Shown: positions 9,458-18,083, numbered from the stretch's first letter. The stretch is 32,598 nt of DNA from an uncultured Candidatus Saccharibacteria bacterium (GCA_964556955.1 CAZKXP010000002.1:8305-40902); one strand, 5' to 3'. Numbers and translations: made by a program. Notes: a model not told the origin generated them from the sequence alone.

Positions 9458-9967
9458 ATGGATATAATCACAAACTTATGGAATAACTGGCCCTCATATG
9501 AAAAATTATTGTTAGGCGCCCTCTTAATCATAGTACTACTAGTAGTTCCAGGAACAATATGGTTGTTTACAAAGAATAGAAAACTTCTATTAGTATCTAT
9601 ACTTTCCATATTCATGGCGGGGATAGTAGTATCTGCAACTTTGATATTAAGCAGACAATTCTTTGATGTATCAATAACTGATATTTACAAAATCGTTCCC
9701 TTCATAACAATATTTGTAACGACCCTAGGCTTAGGTACGCTGGTAGGATTCTTTATGCAGAATCACAAGAAAAAAGATTTCAATATATTAGAATTATCCA
9801 AAGAGGTACGCAACGACTATATTAAACTCTCCCTTTCGTTACTCCTTCTTCTTCTCGCATTAGCAATATTGGCACCATACTTAATACTTCCATTACTCTT
9901 TGCCCTTGGAGATTCTTTAATAACTCTCTGGCTATCATATCTATTGATACATAAACTAGTTAAATAG
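9458..9967 (+). CDS. small polytopic membrane protein, unknown function
   Basis: 169 aa with 4-5 predicted TM helices. Starts 3 nt after the preceding gene. Confidence 0.45.
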   Translation: MDIITNLWNNWPSYEKLLLGALLIIVLLVVPGTIWLFTKNRKLLLVSILSIFMAGIVVSATLILSRQFFDVSITDIYKIVPFITIFVTTLGLGTLVGFFMQNHKKKDFNILELSKEVRNDYIKLSLSLLLLLLALAILAPYLILPLLFALGDSLITLWLSYLLIHKLVK

Positions 9968-9968
9968 T

Positions 9969-10817
9969 ATGCGATCAATTACTGTCATTGCGGGCCCCAC
10001 AGCATCCGGTAAGTCAGAGATAGCGCTTGCAATAGCGAAGAAATCCGATGCTGTGGTCATAAATGCAGATTCAAGACAGATTTACAAAGAGTTACTAATT
10101 GGAACTGCAAGACCCACACTAAAAGAGATGGGAGATATTCCCCACTACCTCTACGGATATGTTTCTGTCTCAGAGTCATACAATATATATAGATACCAGA
10201 AAGATGTAGAAGCTTTGCTGGAAACAATTCCCGAAGAAAAACAGATAATAATGGTCGGAGGTACTGGCCTATATATTGATTCCGTTATATTCGGATACGA
10301 GCTACAATCCCAAGATAATAGCCCACAAATAAGAGAAGAGTTAAATTCGCTGACTCTAAAACAATTACAATCTAAAATCCCTGAAGATGTATTTGAGAAA
10401 TTAAATGAGAGTGACAGGAATAATCCACGAAGGCTAGTCAGAATAATTGAGAGGGATGGAAAATTTTTAGAAAGAAAAGGCCAACCTATATATCCATGTA
10501 CGTACTATGTCATAGACTTACCAAAAGAAGAGTTAAGGATCAGGGTTAAACAAAGAACAAGGGCGATGATGGAGAATGGACTAGAACAAGAAGCGCACAA
10601 TCTGTATGAGAACGGTTCCTATCAATATCCTGCACTCCAATCTATCGGATATCAAGAATTCTTACCATATTTTGAAAATCCACAGGAATATTCTCTTGAC
10701 CAAGTTGAAGAAAAAATCATCACCAATACGATGAAATATATTAAACGACAAAAGACATGGTTCAGACGAAACCAAAATGCGATATGGGTTAATGATCCTA
10801 TGCCCTTACTTAGCTAA
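9969..10817 (+). CDS. miaA: tRNA dimethylallyltransferase
   Basis: 282 aa. P-loop GPTASGKS and NADSRQIYKELLIGTARPT are typical of MiaA. Confidence 0.9.
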   Translation: MRSITVIAGPTASGKSEIALAIAKKSDAVVINADSRQIYKELLIGTARPTLKEMGDIPHYLYGYVSVSESYNIYRYQKDVEALLETIPEEKQIIMVGGTGLYIDSVIFGYELQSQDNSPQIREELNSLTLKQLQSKIPEDVFEKLNESDRNNPRRLVRIIERDGKFLERKGQPIYPCTYYVIDLPKEELRIRVKQRTRAMMENGLEQEAHNLYENGSYQYPALQSIGYQEFLPYFENPQEYSLDQVEEKIITNTMKYIKRQKTWFRRNQNAIWVNDPMPLLS

Positions 10818-11355
10818 TAATCTCTATCCCATCTGGTGTACTTTTCAATAGCTTTAGAGAGTTCACATAGAAATGAATATCTTTAATATTCAGAGGCTTA
10901 GCAACACGATACAGATCTCTTGATATATTCATATATTCTTGGCTTGAAAGATCTTTGCTTACTCTACCAAGTACAAGGTGAGGTATAAAATTACCTTGGT
11001 CTTTCATCCCCAATACTTTTCGTAATTCAAAATATATTTTTCTCATCTCTTCTCCACCTTCTTTCAAGTCCAGATATATCAATTCTTTGTATTTTCTAGA
11101 GATACCTAGTTTACTGGTATTAAATGTCACTCTGAAAGTATTAAAGCAATATCTTTCTAATTTATGTCTGATAATTGGAAGCTGGATAAACGGAACCCTC
11201 ATCTGCAGGGGGAGCATAACCATATGATAGCTGTCAGGTTTGCTCCACCTCACAGAGATATCTAAATCATCAAAAACATTACCTAGTTCGGAGGTCACTT
11301 TCTTGATTTTCTGAATAGCTTCCTTGTCTGGGCAAAAACCTAGGAAATATCCCAT
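10810..11355 (-). CDS. 2H phosphoesterase superfamily (LigT/ThpR-like) protein, atypical motifs
   Basis: 181 aa. Two pseudo-symmetric His motifs, YHMVMLPL and PHLVLGRV, lie at the spacing expected for the 2H fold. Both have Val where the canonical H-x-T/S has Thr/Ser. Confidence 0.45.
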   Translation of the reverse strand: MGYFLGFCPDKEAIQKIKKVTSELGNVFDDLDISVRWSKPDSYHMVMLPLQMRVPFIQLPIIRHKLERYCFNTFRVTFNTSKLGISRKYKELIYLDLKEGGEEMRKIYFELRKVLGMKDQGNFIPHLVLGRVSKDLSSQEYMNISRDLYRVAKPLNIKDIHFYVNSLKLLKSTPDGIEIIS

Positions 11356-11359
11356 CTGT

Positions 11360-12631
11360 CTACTTTGTAATCTTATCTATCCCCCCCATAAATGGTCTCA
11401 ATACTTCTGGTACTGTAATGGAACCATCAGCTTGCTGATATGCTTCAACCAATGCCACCATCAATCTACTTGTTGCTAATCCAGAACCATTTAATGTATG
11501 CATATATCTTGGCTTACCACCATCTGCAGGCTTGTATCGCATATTTCCTCTCCTAGCCTGATAGTCAGTGACATTGGAAACGGAACTTACTTCGTAGTAG
11601 GTATCCATAGTTGGCATATATACCTCAATATCATATGTCCTTGCAGCACCTGCAGAACAATCCCCAGCAGCAAGTTTTACCACTCTGTAATGAAGACCAA
11701 GCTTTTGTACGAGAGACTCTGCTTTTGCTACCAATTCATCGAAAGCCTCTTTGGATTTATCATCTGCTGTAAATTGATACATCTCAACCTTGTTAAACTG
11801 ATGCATTCTGATCAGACCCTTTTCACTGGCACGATATGTACCAGCTTCTCTTCTGTAACATGGGGTGTATGCGAAAACTTTCTTAGGAAGATCCTTCTCT
11901 TCAAGAATGGTATCTCTGTAAATATTTGTTAAAACAGTTTCCGCCGTAGGAACTAAACACAAACCATCCTGTACCCAATACACATCATCCTTAAATTTTG
12001 GAAGCTGACCAGCAGTATATGCAGACTCCTTAATAACTAAATTAGGAGGGATAATCATCTCATACCCCGAGCTATTGTGCTCTGATATGAAGAAATTTAC
12101 CAAAGCCCACTCCAATCTCGCACCCATACCTCTGTACATAGAGAAGTTCGCACCAGAAACCTTTGCCGCTGTCTCAAGGTCAAACATACCCAGATTCTTC
12201 CCTAGCTCCACGTGATCCTTGATCTGGAAATCAAATACAGGTTTCTCTCCAACCATCTTTATAACTTCATTATTCTCCTTCTCACCTGCCACCATATCCT
12301 CATCAGGAATATTAGGAAGAACCTCCATCTTTGCCTTAAGCTCTGCTTCTACAGTCTTCAACTTCTCTTCAATACCCTTAACCTCTTCCGCCTTAATCTT
12401 TAAATCAGCAATTAATTGCTTAAATTCATCACCACCCTTCTCGACCCTTGCCATCTTCTCATTAAATGCATTCTGCTCACCCCGCTTCACATCGTACTCT
12501 GTTTGAAGCTCTTTTCTCTGGTTGTAAAGATCAATAATGGTCTCTAAATCTAACTTATCCGCTTCCATTCTCTTAAGCAAACCTTCTCTGACCTTCTCTG
12601 TATCTTCTACTATTCTTTTAATATCTATCAT
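11360..12631 (-). CDS. serS: seryl-tRNA synthetase
   Basis: 423 aa. N-terminal coiled-coil arm and a class II core (TAGQLPKFKDD, YRREAG, GSGLATSR). Confidence 0.95.
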   Translation of the reverse strand: MIDIKRIVEDTEKVREGLLKRMEADKLDLETIIDLYNQRKELQTEYDVKRGEQNAFNEKMARVEKGGDEFKQLIADLKIKAEEVKGIEEKLKTVEAELKAKMEVLPNIPDEDMVAGEKENNEVIKMVGEKPVFDFQIKDHVELGKNLGMFDLETAAKVSGANFSMYRGMGARLEWALVNFFISEHNSSGYEMIIPPNLVIKESAYTAGQLPKFKDDVYWVQDGLCLVPTAETVLTNIYRDTILEEKDLPKKVFAYTPCYRREAGTYRASEKGLIRMHQFNKVEMYQFTADDKSKEAFDELVAKAESLVQKLGLHYRVVKLAAGDCSAGAARTYDIEVYMPTMDTYYEVSSVSNVTDYQARRGNMRYKPADGGKPRYMHTLNGSGLATSRLMVALVEAYQQADGSITVPEVLRPFMGGIDKITK

Positions 12632-12786
12632 CTATCTATTTCTTTAATTTAAATATACAAAACTAAAATTTTGAAAGTAATTAATTTCGTCCTCCTTAGA
12701 GGACTGAAGGTGTTGATGAGTTGTTACAAAAATATTGACTCATACCTGTGTTTATTATATTCCCCCTATCTGCTATTATCAAGATT

Positions 12787-13791
12787 ATGCTGCAATACAA
12801 CAAGAAATTAAAACATTTAATTGAAAAATCAAAGAATATTTTAATCATTACTCATAGGAGTCCAGATATGGATGCCTTTTGTAGTATGATTCTTACGAAG
12901 TTGTTCATCGAACAGCTCGATCCAAGGAAGAATGTTGTCATGAAAGCCAGGCAAATGCCTACTGCAAATCTCCCTGGGATGAAAGCTATACATGTAGTTG
13001 AAGAATTAAGAGAAGAAGATGAAGATCTCATCATTGTTACAGATGCGGGAAAGATAGACCTATGTTTAGACTTTGCTAGAGACCAGATGAAAGACACGAA
13101 CAAAGAGGTTGTATGCATCGATCACCATACAGAGGTAGATTCGAATACCTATTCTTTTGTTATTAACGAAAAGCGCAGCTCTGCTACAGAGCAGGTATTT
13201 GCTAGTTTTAAGGATATTCTTGGAAAGAAATTTATGCTAACAAAAGATATCGCGGAACTAATACAGTACGGAATAGTTGCCGATACCGGGAGATTTCTCT
13301 ACGATACAACAACCCCGGATACACTTAGAGTATTTGCTGACGCTAAACAAGTTTTTGATGTAGATATGGAAGCGATGTCTTACAATGCCGCGAAATTCCC
13401 CAAAGAAGCTACACCCGCAATCATCTCATATCTCAAAACTCTTACAATCGAAAAAGATATGGCATATATGTACATATCACTTGATGAAATAGAAAAAGAG
13501 GGATTAACAAAAACCGGTGTTAATGAAGCACAAGCATTCCTTAGAGACAAATACATTAGATTCATACAAGGAGTACACTGGGGATTTGTAATAAAACCAG
13601 ATTTCGACAACCCAGATACATGGTATGTTTCGTTGAGAAGCACAAGAGGATATCAAGAAGTTGGGGATATAGCACAAGCACTTGGTGGTGGAGGACATCC
13701 ATATGCGGCGGCGGCAGGTATCAAAGCAAACAACGCTGAAGAAGCACTAGAGAAAGTATTGGATGCAATACGACGCTTCGCGTCTGTCTGA
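12787..13791 (+). CDS. DHH/DHHA1 family phosphoesterase (NrnA-like nanoRNase/pAp phosphatase)
   Basis: The ORF-track start at 12748 is a GTG; the first ATG (MLQYNKK...) is at 12787. Motifs HRSPDMDAF, VTDAG, IDHH and the DHHA1 GGGH are present. Confidence 0.8.
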   Translation: MLQYNKKLKHLIEKSKNILIITHRSPDMDAFCSMILTKLFIEQLDPRKNVVMKARQMPTANLPGMKAIHVVEELREEDEDLIIVTDAGKIDLCLDFARDQMKDTNKEVVCIDHHTEVDSNTYSFVINEKRSSATEQVFASFKDILGKKFMLTKDIAELIQYGIVADTGRFLYDTTTPDTLRVFADAKQVFDVDMEAMSYNAAKFPKEATPAIISYLKTLTIEKDMAYMYISLDEIEKEGLTKTGVNEAQAFLRDKYIRFIQGVHWGFVIKPDFDNPDTWYVSLRSTRGYQEVGDIAQALGGGGHPYAAAAGIKANNAEEALEKVLDAIRRFASV

Positions 13792-13848
13792 ACCCTTACC
13801 ACATCAATGACTATTTGGGTTTTTGAAGAAATTTTTGAAACTATAATG

Positions 13849-14661
13849 CTATCCTCCTGCACTAGTATACTTTCTGACATTCATTTTCCACACCCAATAA
13901 CTAAATCTTAAAAATACTACTGATAAACAAATCCCTATAAATAGAAAAATGACTTGCCCCCTACCAATTATGAAGTTGGCTGGAACAACACCAATAAAAG
14001 CGATAGGTATTAAAGAGTAGAAAACCAACTGCATTGCACTAGTATATATACTTGTTGGATACCGAGTTAATGCAAGAATTTCCTTCGCAATACTTAAAAA
14101 ACCATTTCTTGGCACAGATATAGTAAAACTCGCAAAAAGAAGATACATTGCATACCAAATTAAAAATCCAACCACAAAAGCAAATGATCCAATAATCACA
14201 TTGACCAATGTGATCGTAGCCCAATTAGCAACAAAGTAATACCCTATCAAAACCATTCCTGATAATGCAGAAATCGCGCTATGCGATGAAAATTCACCAA
14301 AAGACACTAACCAAGCAGAAGAAATAGGCTTCAAAAGTACAAAATCAAAATCACCTTCTAAAACCCTCTTTTCCAATGCCAATAAATTTATTCCAAAAAA
14401 AGCCCACCCCATATAGTTCATGACATTCCAAATTCCAAGGATAAGATACGCTTCAGATCTTGACCACCCTGCAAGATATTCTTGATTACCAAAAACAACA
14501 GAAAGCATGAGCAATTGTGTTAACAATATAAAAAGTGTTCTTAAAATCCTTACAACTATCTCACTTTTATATATCCTACCACGCTTCAAGCTCGCTCTAA
14601 GACATAAAATCCAGATCTTAACATACCTCAGTATATTTTGTCTAAATGCCCTCTGCTGCAT
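13849..14661 (-). CDS. ABC-2 type transporter permease (DUF990/COG3694-COG4587-like)
   Basis: 270 aa with 6 TM helices. General resemblance to the paired permeases of uncharacterised ABC-2 systems. Overlaps the upstream paralog by 20 nt. Confidence 0.55.
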   Translation of the reverse strand: MQQRAFRQNILRYVKIWILCLRASLKRGRIYKSEIVVRILRTLFILLTQLLMLSVVFGNQEYLAGWSRSEAYLILGIWNVMNYMGWAFFGINLLALEKRVLEGDFDFVLLKPISSAWLVSFGEFSSHSAISALSGMVLIGYYFVANWATITLVNVIIGSFAFVVGFLIWYAMYLLFASFTISVPRNGFLSIAKEILALTRYPTSIYTSAMQLVFYSLIPIAFIGVVPANFIIGRGQVIFLFIGICLSVVFLRFSYWVWKMNVRKYTSAGG

Positions 14662-15466
14662 ATTTCCTTACGGCTATTGAATATAAAATCTTATAAATAA
14701 AATACAAAGCTATCAACCAGATCCCACCTATTATAAATCCTGTATAAATATCATAACTAGTCGACCTTCCAATCAATATTTCCAAAGGAAAAGATAATGT
14801 ATATCTAAATGGTAATATCTTCAAAACAAACTCCGCTAAAAATGGAAGTATCACCAAAGGAATAAATTCACCAGATAATAGAGCTGCGATATTAAAATAG
14901 AGAATTCTCATCCCTTCCATATTCTTGTTGTAAAACGCCAACAAGGAGAAGATATTCCCTAAAAAGAAATTTATCATGAATCCCATTATCACACCTACCA
15001 ATGCTAAAAATATTAAATACGGATTAAAAGCTACTACCCAAAGATCCAATTTAATCGCTAAAAACATTCCCATAAGAAACGCAGGCGTAGAAACCACAAG
15101 TCTAAAAAGATTCGAACCTAAACTATTACCGATATAACCACTGAGATGGCTCATCGGTTTTAAAAGTAAGTTTGAGAATTTCCCATTTAGGATCTGTCTT
15201 ACCCCTTCTTCAGGAGTAATGTCTGCCATCAATCGGCCTACGATAAGTATGAGTATGTAGTAGGTTACAACATAACCCTGATCGATACTCCCTGTTATTT
15301 TCGAAGATGCGACCCATACAAAACACAACCCAACAATCTTGATAATATCCGCAATAATCCAAGAAACCAATTGCCCTTTATGCATATACTCCTGTGCGAA
15401 GTACATTAATAAATGTTTTTTTATTATCCCTTTCCAATTATTCTTCTTTTTTATTCTTTCTCTCAT
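14642..15466 (-). CDS. ABC-2 type transporter permease (paralogous partner)
   Basis: 274 aa with 6 TM helices and the same architecture as the downstream gene. ATG at 15466; an alternative start is at 15406. Confidence 0.55.
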   Translation of the reverse strand: MRERIKKKNNWKGIIKKHLLMYFAQEYMHKGQLVSWIIADIIKIVGLCFVWVASSKITGSIDQGYVVTYYILILIVGRLMADITPEEGVRQILNGKFSNLLLKPMSHLSGYIGNSLGSNLFRLVVSTPAFLMGMFLAIKLDLWVVAFNPYLIFLALVGVIMGFMINFFLGNIFSLLAFYNKNMEGMRILYFNIAALLSGEFIPLVILPFLAEFVLKILPFRYTLSFPLEILIGRSTSYDIYTGFIIGGIWLIALYFIYKILYSIAVRKYAAEGI

Positions 15467-15800
15467 TTTCTAGTTCTTTTACCTTCCACACAAATATTTT
15501 ACTTTTGTCTTTTGCATTTGGATAATCGATTGTAAAACTGTATGCCATCTCTAATATTGCTCTTGGTTTTTCTTTCGCCCATTTAATATACATTGTTGTT
15601 CGCTTTGTATCTCCCAATTTACCAGCTAACCTTAATCCATATACTTGGTACTCTGTAGATACATATTTATGTTTGTTACCAAATATTGCTTTAGGATTAT
15701 CTTTAATTTCATCCATATTAAAGAGTTCTGGTTGTTTACTTTCTTTTTTTTCTTCTGTTTGTGGTTTTAGATTTTTTAATATATCTGATATTGATTCCAT
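15438..15800 (-). CDS. hypothetical small basic protein
   Basis: 120 aa with a Lys/Glu-rich N- and C-terminus and no nucleotide-binding motif. First gene of the apparent operon with the two permeases. Confidence 0.45.
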   Translation of the reverse strand: MESISDILKNLKPQTEEKKESKQPELFNMDEIKDNPKAIFGNKHKYVSTEYQVYGLRLAGKLGDTKRTTMYIKWAKEKPRAILEMAYSFTIDYPNAKDKSKIFVWKVKELENERKNKKEE

Positions 15801-16034
15801 ATGTTTAATGATATCAGAAAAGGGAGAATTAAAAGAGAGTCGACCTATAATATTCTATTTGATAGAATAATGGCCTTGTTCTTAAAAAAAGAATATATCG
15901 GTAATGGGGCGCCCTAAGGGTAGGTGTACCAAAAGTAGACCTTGGATATCATGTGCGTAATACAAAAGCACAAAATTACATATCTATTGCGTCGAGGATC
16001 TCTCCTCCACCTACTCCCCCCAATATTATTTTGT

Positions 16035-16109
16035 TCCCCAATAGCTCAATTGAAGAGCGGTGCCCTTCGAAGGCATATGTTGTGAGTTCAAATCTCACTT
16101 GGGGAGCCA
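16035..16109 (+). tRNA. tRNA-Arg (anticodon UCG)
   Basis: Cloverleaf: TCCCCAA-TA-GCTC-AATTGAA-GAGC-G-GTGCC-CTTCGAA-GGCAT-ATGTT-GTGAG-TTCAAAT-CTCAC-TTGGGGA-G-CCA. CCA is encoded. Confidence 0.85.
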
Positions 16110-16117
16110 AAAACAAT

Positions 16118-16181
16118 CCGACCTCTGTCTTTGCACACTATGTGCTATTCATAATATATGGATAAAAAAGACAGAGGTTGG
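16118..16181. terminator. bidirectional hairpin between convergent tRNA-Arg and lysS
   Basis: A 15-bp stem (CCGACCTCTGTCTTT / AAAGACAGAGGTTGG, one G-U) encloses an inner GCACA-cta-TGTGC hairpin. T-rich tracts follow on both strands, and the hairpin abuts the lysS stop codon at 16182. Confidence 0.5.
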
Positions 16182-17735
16182 TTAATTCTTTTCAACCTTC
16201 TCTCCCTTTTTAATATTCTCCTTAAACTTGATCCTATCCTTGTATATCTGCTTTGTAGTATTCTCTACCTCTACTCTCATCTGTGGGAAGAAAGTACCCT
16301 CTCTACCAGAAATATCCTCCAAGAACCAGAAAATTCTCTCGCTCTGACCATAACCACTTGTAGGAGGCATACCATATTCCAACATCTCTACAAAATCGAT
16401 ATCCAACATCTGAGCTTCAGTATCACCACTATCCCTCATCGCCTGTTGCTCCAAGAACCTATCCAATTGATCTTGAGGATCATTAATCTCAGAATAACCA
16501 TTGCCCAATTCACTTCCAGCTATGACAACTTGGAATCTCTCAGTCAAATCCTCATTATCCTGATGTGATTTCGCCAAAGGAGATACAAACTTAGGCTGAT
16601 TAACCAAGAATGCAGGACCAGAGATAGTTGCTCTAATGGCTTTCCAAAGAGTATCAATCATCCTATTCCTATTCACCTCTCCCCCCATTTCAATATTATT
16701 CTCCTTAATCACCTCCAACATCTCCTCCTCTGAATCCTTAAAGATATCAATGTCAAATCTCTCTTTTATAACGGAAGTGTAATCAATCTCCTTCCACTCA
16801 TCTGCTAAATCGAAAGTATGACCTCTCGTTGTGAACTGTGTCTTACCATATACCTTGTTAGCAATCTCCAAGAACAGATCATGTACCAACTGCATATTAT
16901 CTTTGTAATTTGCATACGCCCAATACCATTCAATATCATAGAATTCCTGAAGATGCTCATCATCCATACCTTCATTTCTGAAATTGGGTCCGAACGTATA
17001 TATCTTGTCATACCCTCCACCAATCAATCTTTTCTGATACAACTCCGTAGATATTCTAAGATAAAAATCTTGATCCAAAGCATTGTGATGAGTAGTGAAC
17101 GGAGCAGCATCAGCACCTCCAGTTACAGCTTCTAAAACAGGGACCTCTACTTCCATGAATCCTTGACCTCTAAGGAAATCTCTTTGTACCTGCCAGAACT
17201 TCGCTTTTCTTTCAAAAAGTTTCAATGATTCATTATCTACTACCAAATCCAAATATCTTCTTCTAAATATCTGCTCTTTGTTTTCTAACTTCCGTGGAAT
17301 TGGCCTCAAAGCTTTAGTCAAAAGCCTTATATTTTTAACCATAATGGTAATCTCACCTGTTCTTGTTTTCCCGATCGTTCCATACAATTCAACAAAGTCT
17401 GCAAGATCTAAAAGATTTAATTTCTCCCATCCCAAATATCCTTTTTCTAAATCTTCTACTAAATCCGCCTCCCTGATCATTAGCTGAATACTTCCAGATT
17501 GATCCAGGATATTTCCAAATACCAATTTGCCATGCTCTCGCCATGCCGTGATTCTCCCAGCCAAACAGAGATCCTTGTTCTCAAATTCTTCAAAATTGCT
17601 TAATACCTCTCCATTAGAATGATCTTTGTAGGACTTTGCTGGGTATGGATTGATGCCCAACTTCTTAAGCTCTGCGAGTTTGTCTAATCTTACTTGTCGT
17701 TGTCCGAGAAGGTCACTCCTTTGCGTATCTTCCAT
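16182..17735 (-). CDS. lysS: lysyl-tRNA synthetase, class II
   Basis: 517 aa. N-terminal OB anticodon-binding domain (LAGRITAWREHGKLVFGNILDQSGSIQL) and a class II core (FRNEGMDDEHLQEF, motif 3 region GYGQSERI). Confidence 0.95.
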   Translation of the reverse strand: MEDTQRSDLLGQRQVRLDKLAELKKLGINPYPAKSYKDHSNGEVLSNFEEFENKDLCLAGRITAWREHGKLVFGNILDQSGSIQLMIREADLVEDLEKGYLGWEKLNLLDLADFVELYGTIGKTRTGEITIMVKNIRLLTKALRPIPRKLENKEQIFRRRYLDLVVDNESLKLFERKAKFWQVQRDFLRGQGFMEVEVPVLEAVTGGADAAPFTTHHNALDQDFYLRISTELYQKRLIGGGYDKIYTFGPNFRNEGMDDEHLQEFYDIEWYWAYANYKDNMQLVHDLFLEIANKVYGKTQFTTRGHTFDLADEWKEIDYTSVIKERFDIDIFKDSEEEMLEVIKENNIEMGGEVNRNRMIDTLWKAIRATISGPAFLVNQPKFVSPLAKSHQDNEDLTERFQVVIAGSELGNGYSEINDPQDQLDRFLEQQAMRDSGDTEAQMLDIDFVEMLEYGMPPTSGYGQSERIFWFLEDISGREGTFFPQMRVEVENTTKQIYKDRIKFKENIKKGEKVEKN

Positions 17736-17766
17736 GCTTGAGCTTAAAAAAGTTAATTACTTTCGT

Positions 17767-17775
17767 ATTATATCA
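17767..17775 (-). promoter_or_regulatory. extended -10 element TGATATAAT upstream of lysS
   Basis: The reverse complement of 17767..17775 is TGATATAAT, about 30 nt upstream of the lysS ATG. Confidence 0.4.
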
Positions 17776-17795
17776 TAACTCTTCCAACTCTCCAG

Positions 17796-18038
17796 AGGTC
17801 AGACCTAGGTCAGACCTTTCCCAGAATACAGCCCTTGATAGTTTACCCCACAAATACATCTACGAGATTCTGGGCTTTTCCTGCCAAACGCACAAAAGGC
17901 CAAAGATACAATCCTCTTGTTTGGACCACTCGTCAGATCAGATAGGGGACTTGTACATACAAAAATCTCCGGGAGATGAATGTCACAAAGGTTTTTGTGC
18001 GTCCATATTCTTAGGGAGGTCTGTCCTAGGTCGGACCT
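17796..18038. repeat. 243-bp element bounded by inverted arms made of 22-nt CTAG-centred palindromes (REP-doublet / MITE-like, or structured RNA)
   Basis: Left arm AGGTCAGACCTAGGTCAGACCT (17796..17817) and right arm AGGTCTGTCCTAGGTCGGACCT (18017..18038). The arms pair over about 33 nt (17796..17828 with 18006..18038). The interior is visibly more GC-rich than the other intergenic DNA in this window. Confidence 0.5.
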
Positions 18039-18046
18039 TAGCATTG

Positions 18047-18055
18047 TGATATAAT
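18047..18055 (+). promoter_or_regulatory. extended -10 element TGATATAAT upstream of glyQS
   Basis: Exact TGATATAAT lies 29 nt upstream of the glyQS ATG and 9 nt outside the right arm of the repeat element. Confidence 0.4.
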
Positions 18056-18083
18056 CAGGGATACTAATTTCATCTGTAGACCT

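Noticed and set aside
15851-15869. Perfect palindrome TATTCTAT-ttg-ATAGAATA upstream of the 120-aa gene and permease operon
   Set aside because: It could be an operator, but it occurs once, is AT-rich, and no cognate regulator is evident. I did not report it as a feature.
17929-17936. Hammerhead-like CUGACGAG on the minus strand inside the 243-bp element
   Set aside because: The downstream sequence lacks a properly placed GAAA core element, and I could not build convincing stems II and III. It is a chance match to a 7-nt motif.
17738-18049. 103-aa (+) and 79-aa (-) ORFs covering the lysS-glyQS spacer
   Set aside because: Both run through the palindromic arms of the repeat element, start at weak or non-ATG codons next to the neighbouring gene starts, and have Ser/Cys/Leu-rich compositions unlike the real proteins here.
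17796-18083. T-box leader for glyQS, or SRP RNA, tmRNA or 6S RNA
   Set aside because: There is no T-box consensus (AAnnnGGGUGGUACCGCG) or GGC specifier context. There is no SRP domain IV (GNAR loop with AGCA) and no tRNA-like 3' end. 6S RNA cannot be excluded by sequence alone, but the near-perfect 33-bp closing helix is atypical, so I left it unassigned.
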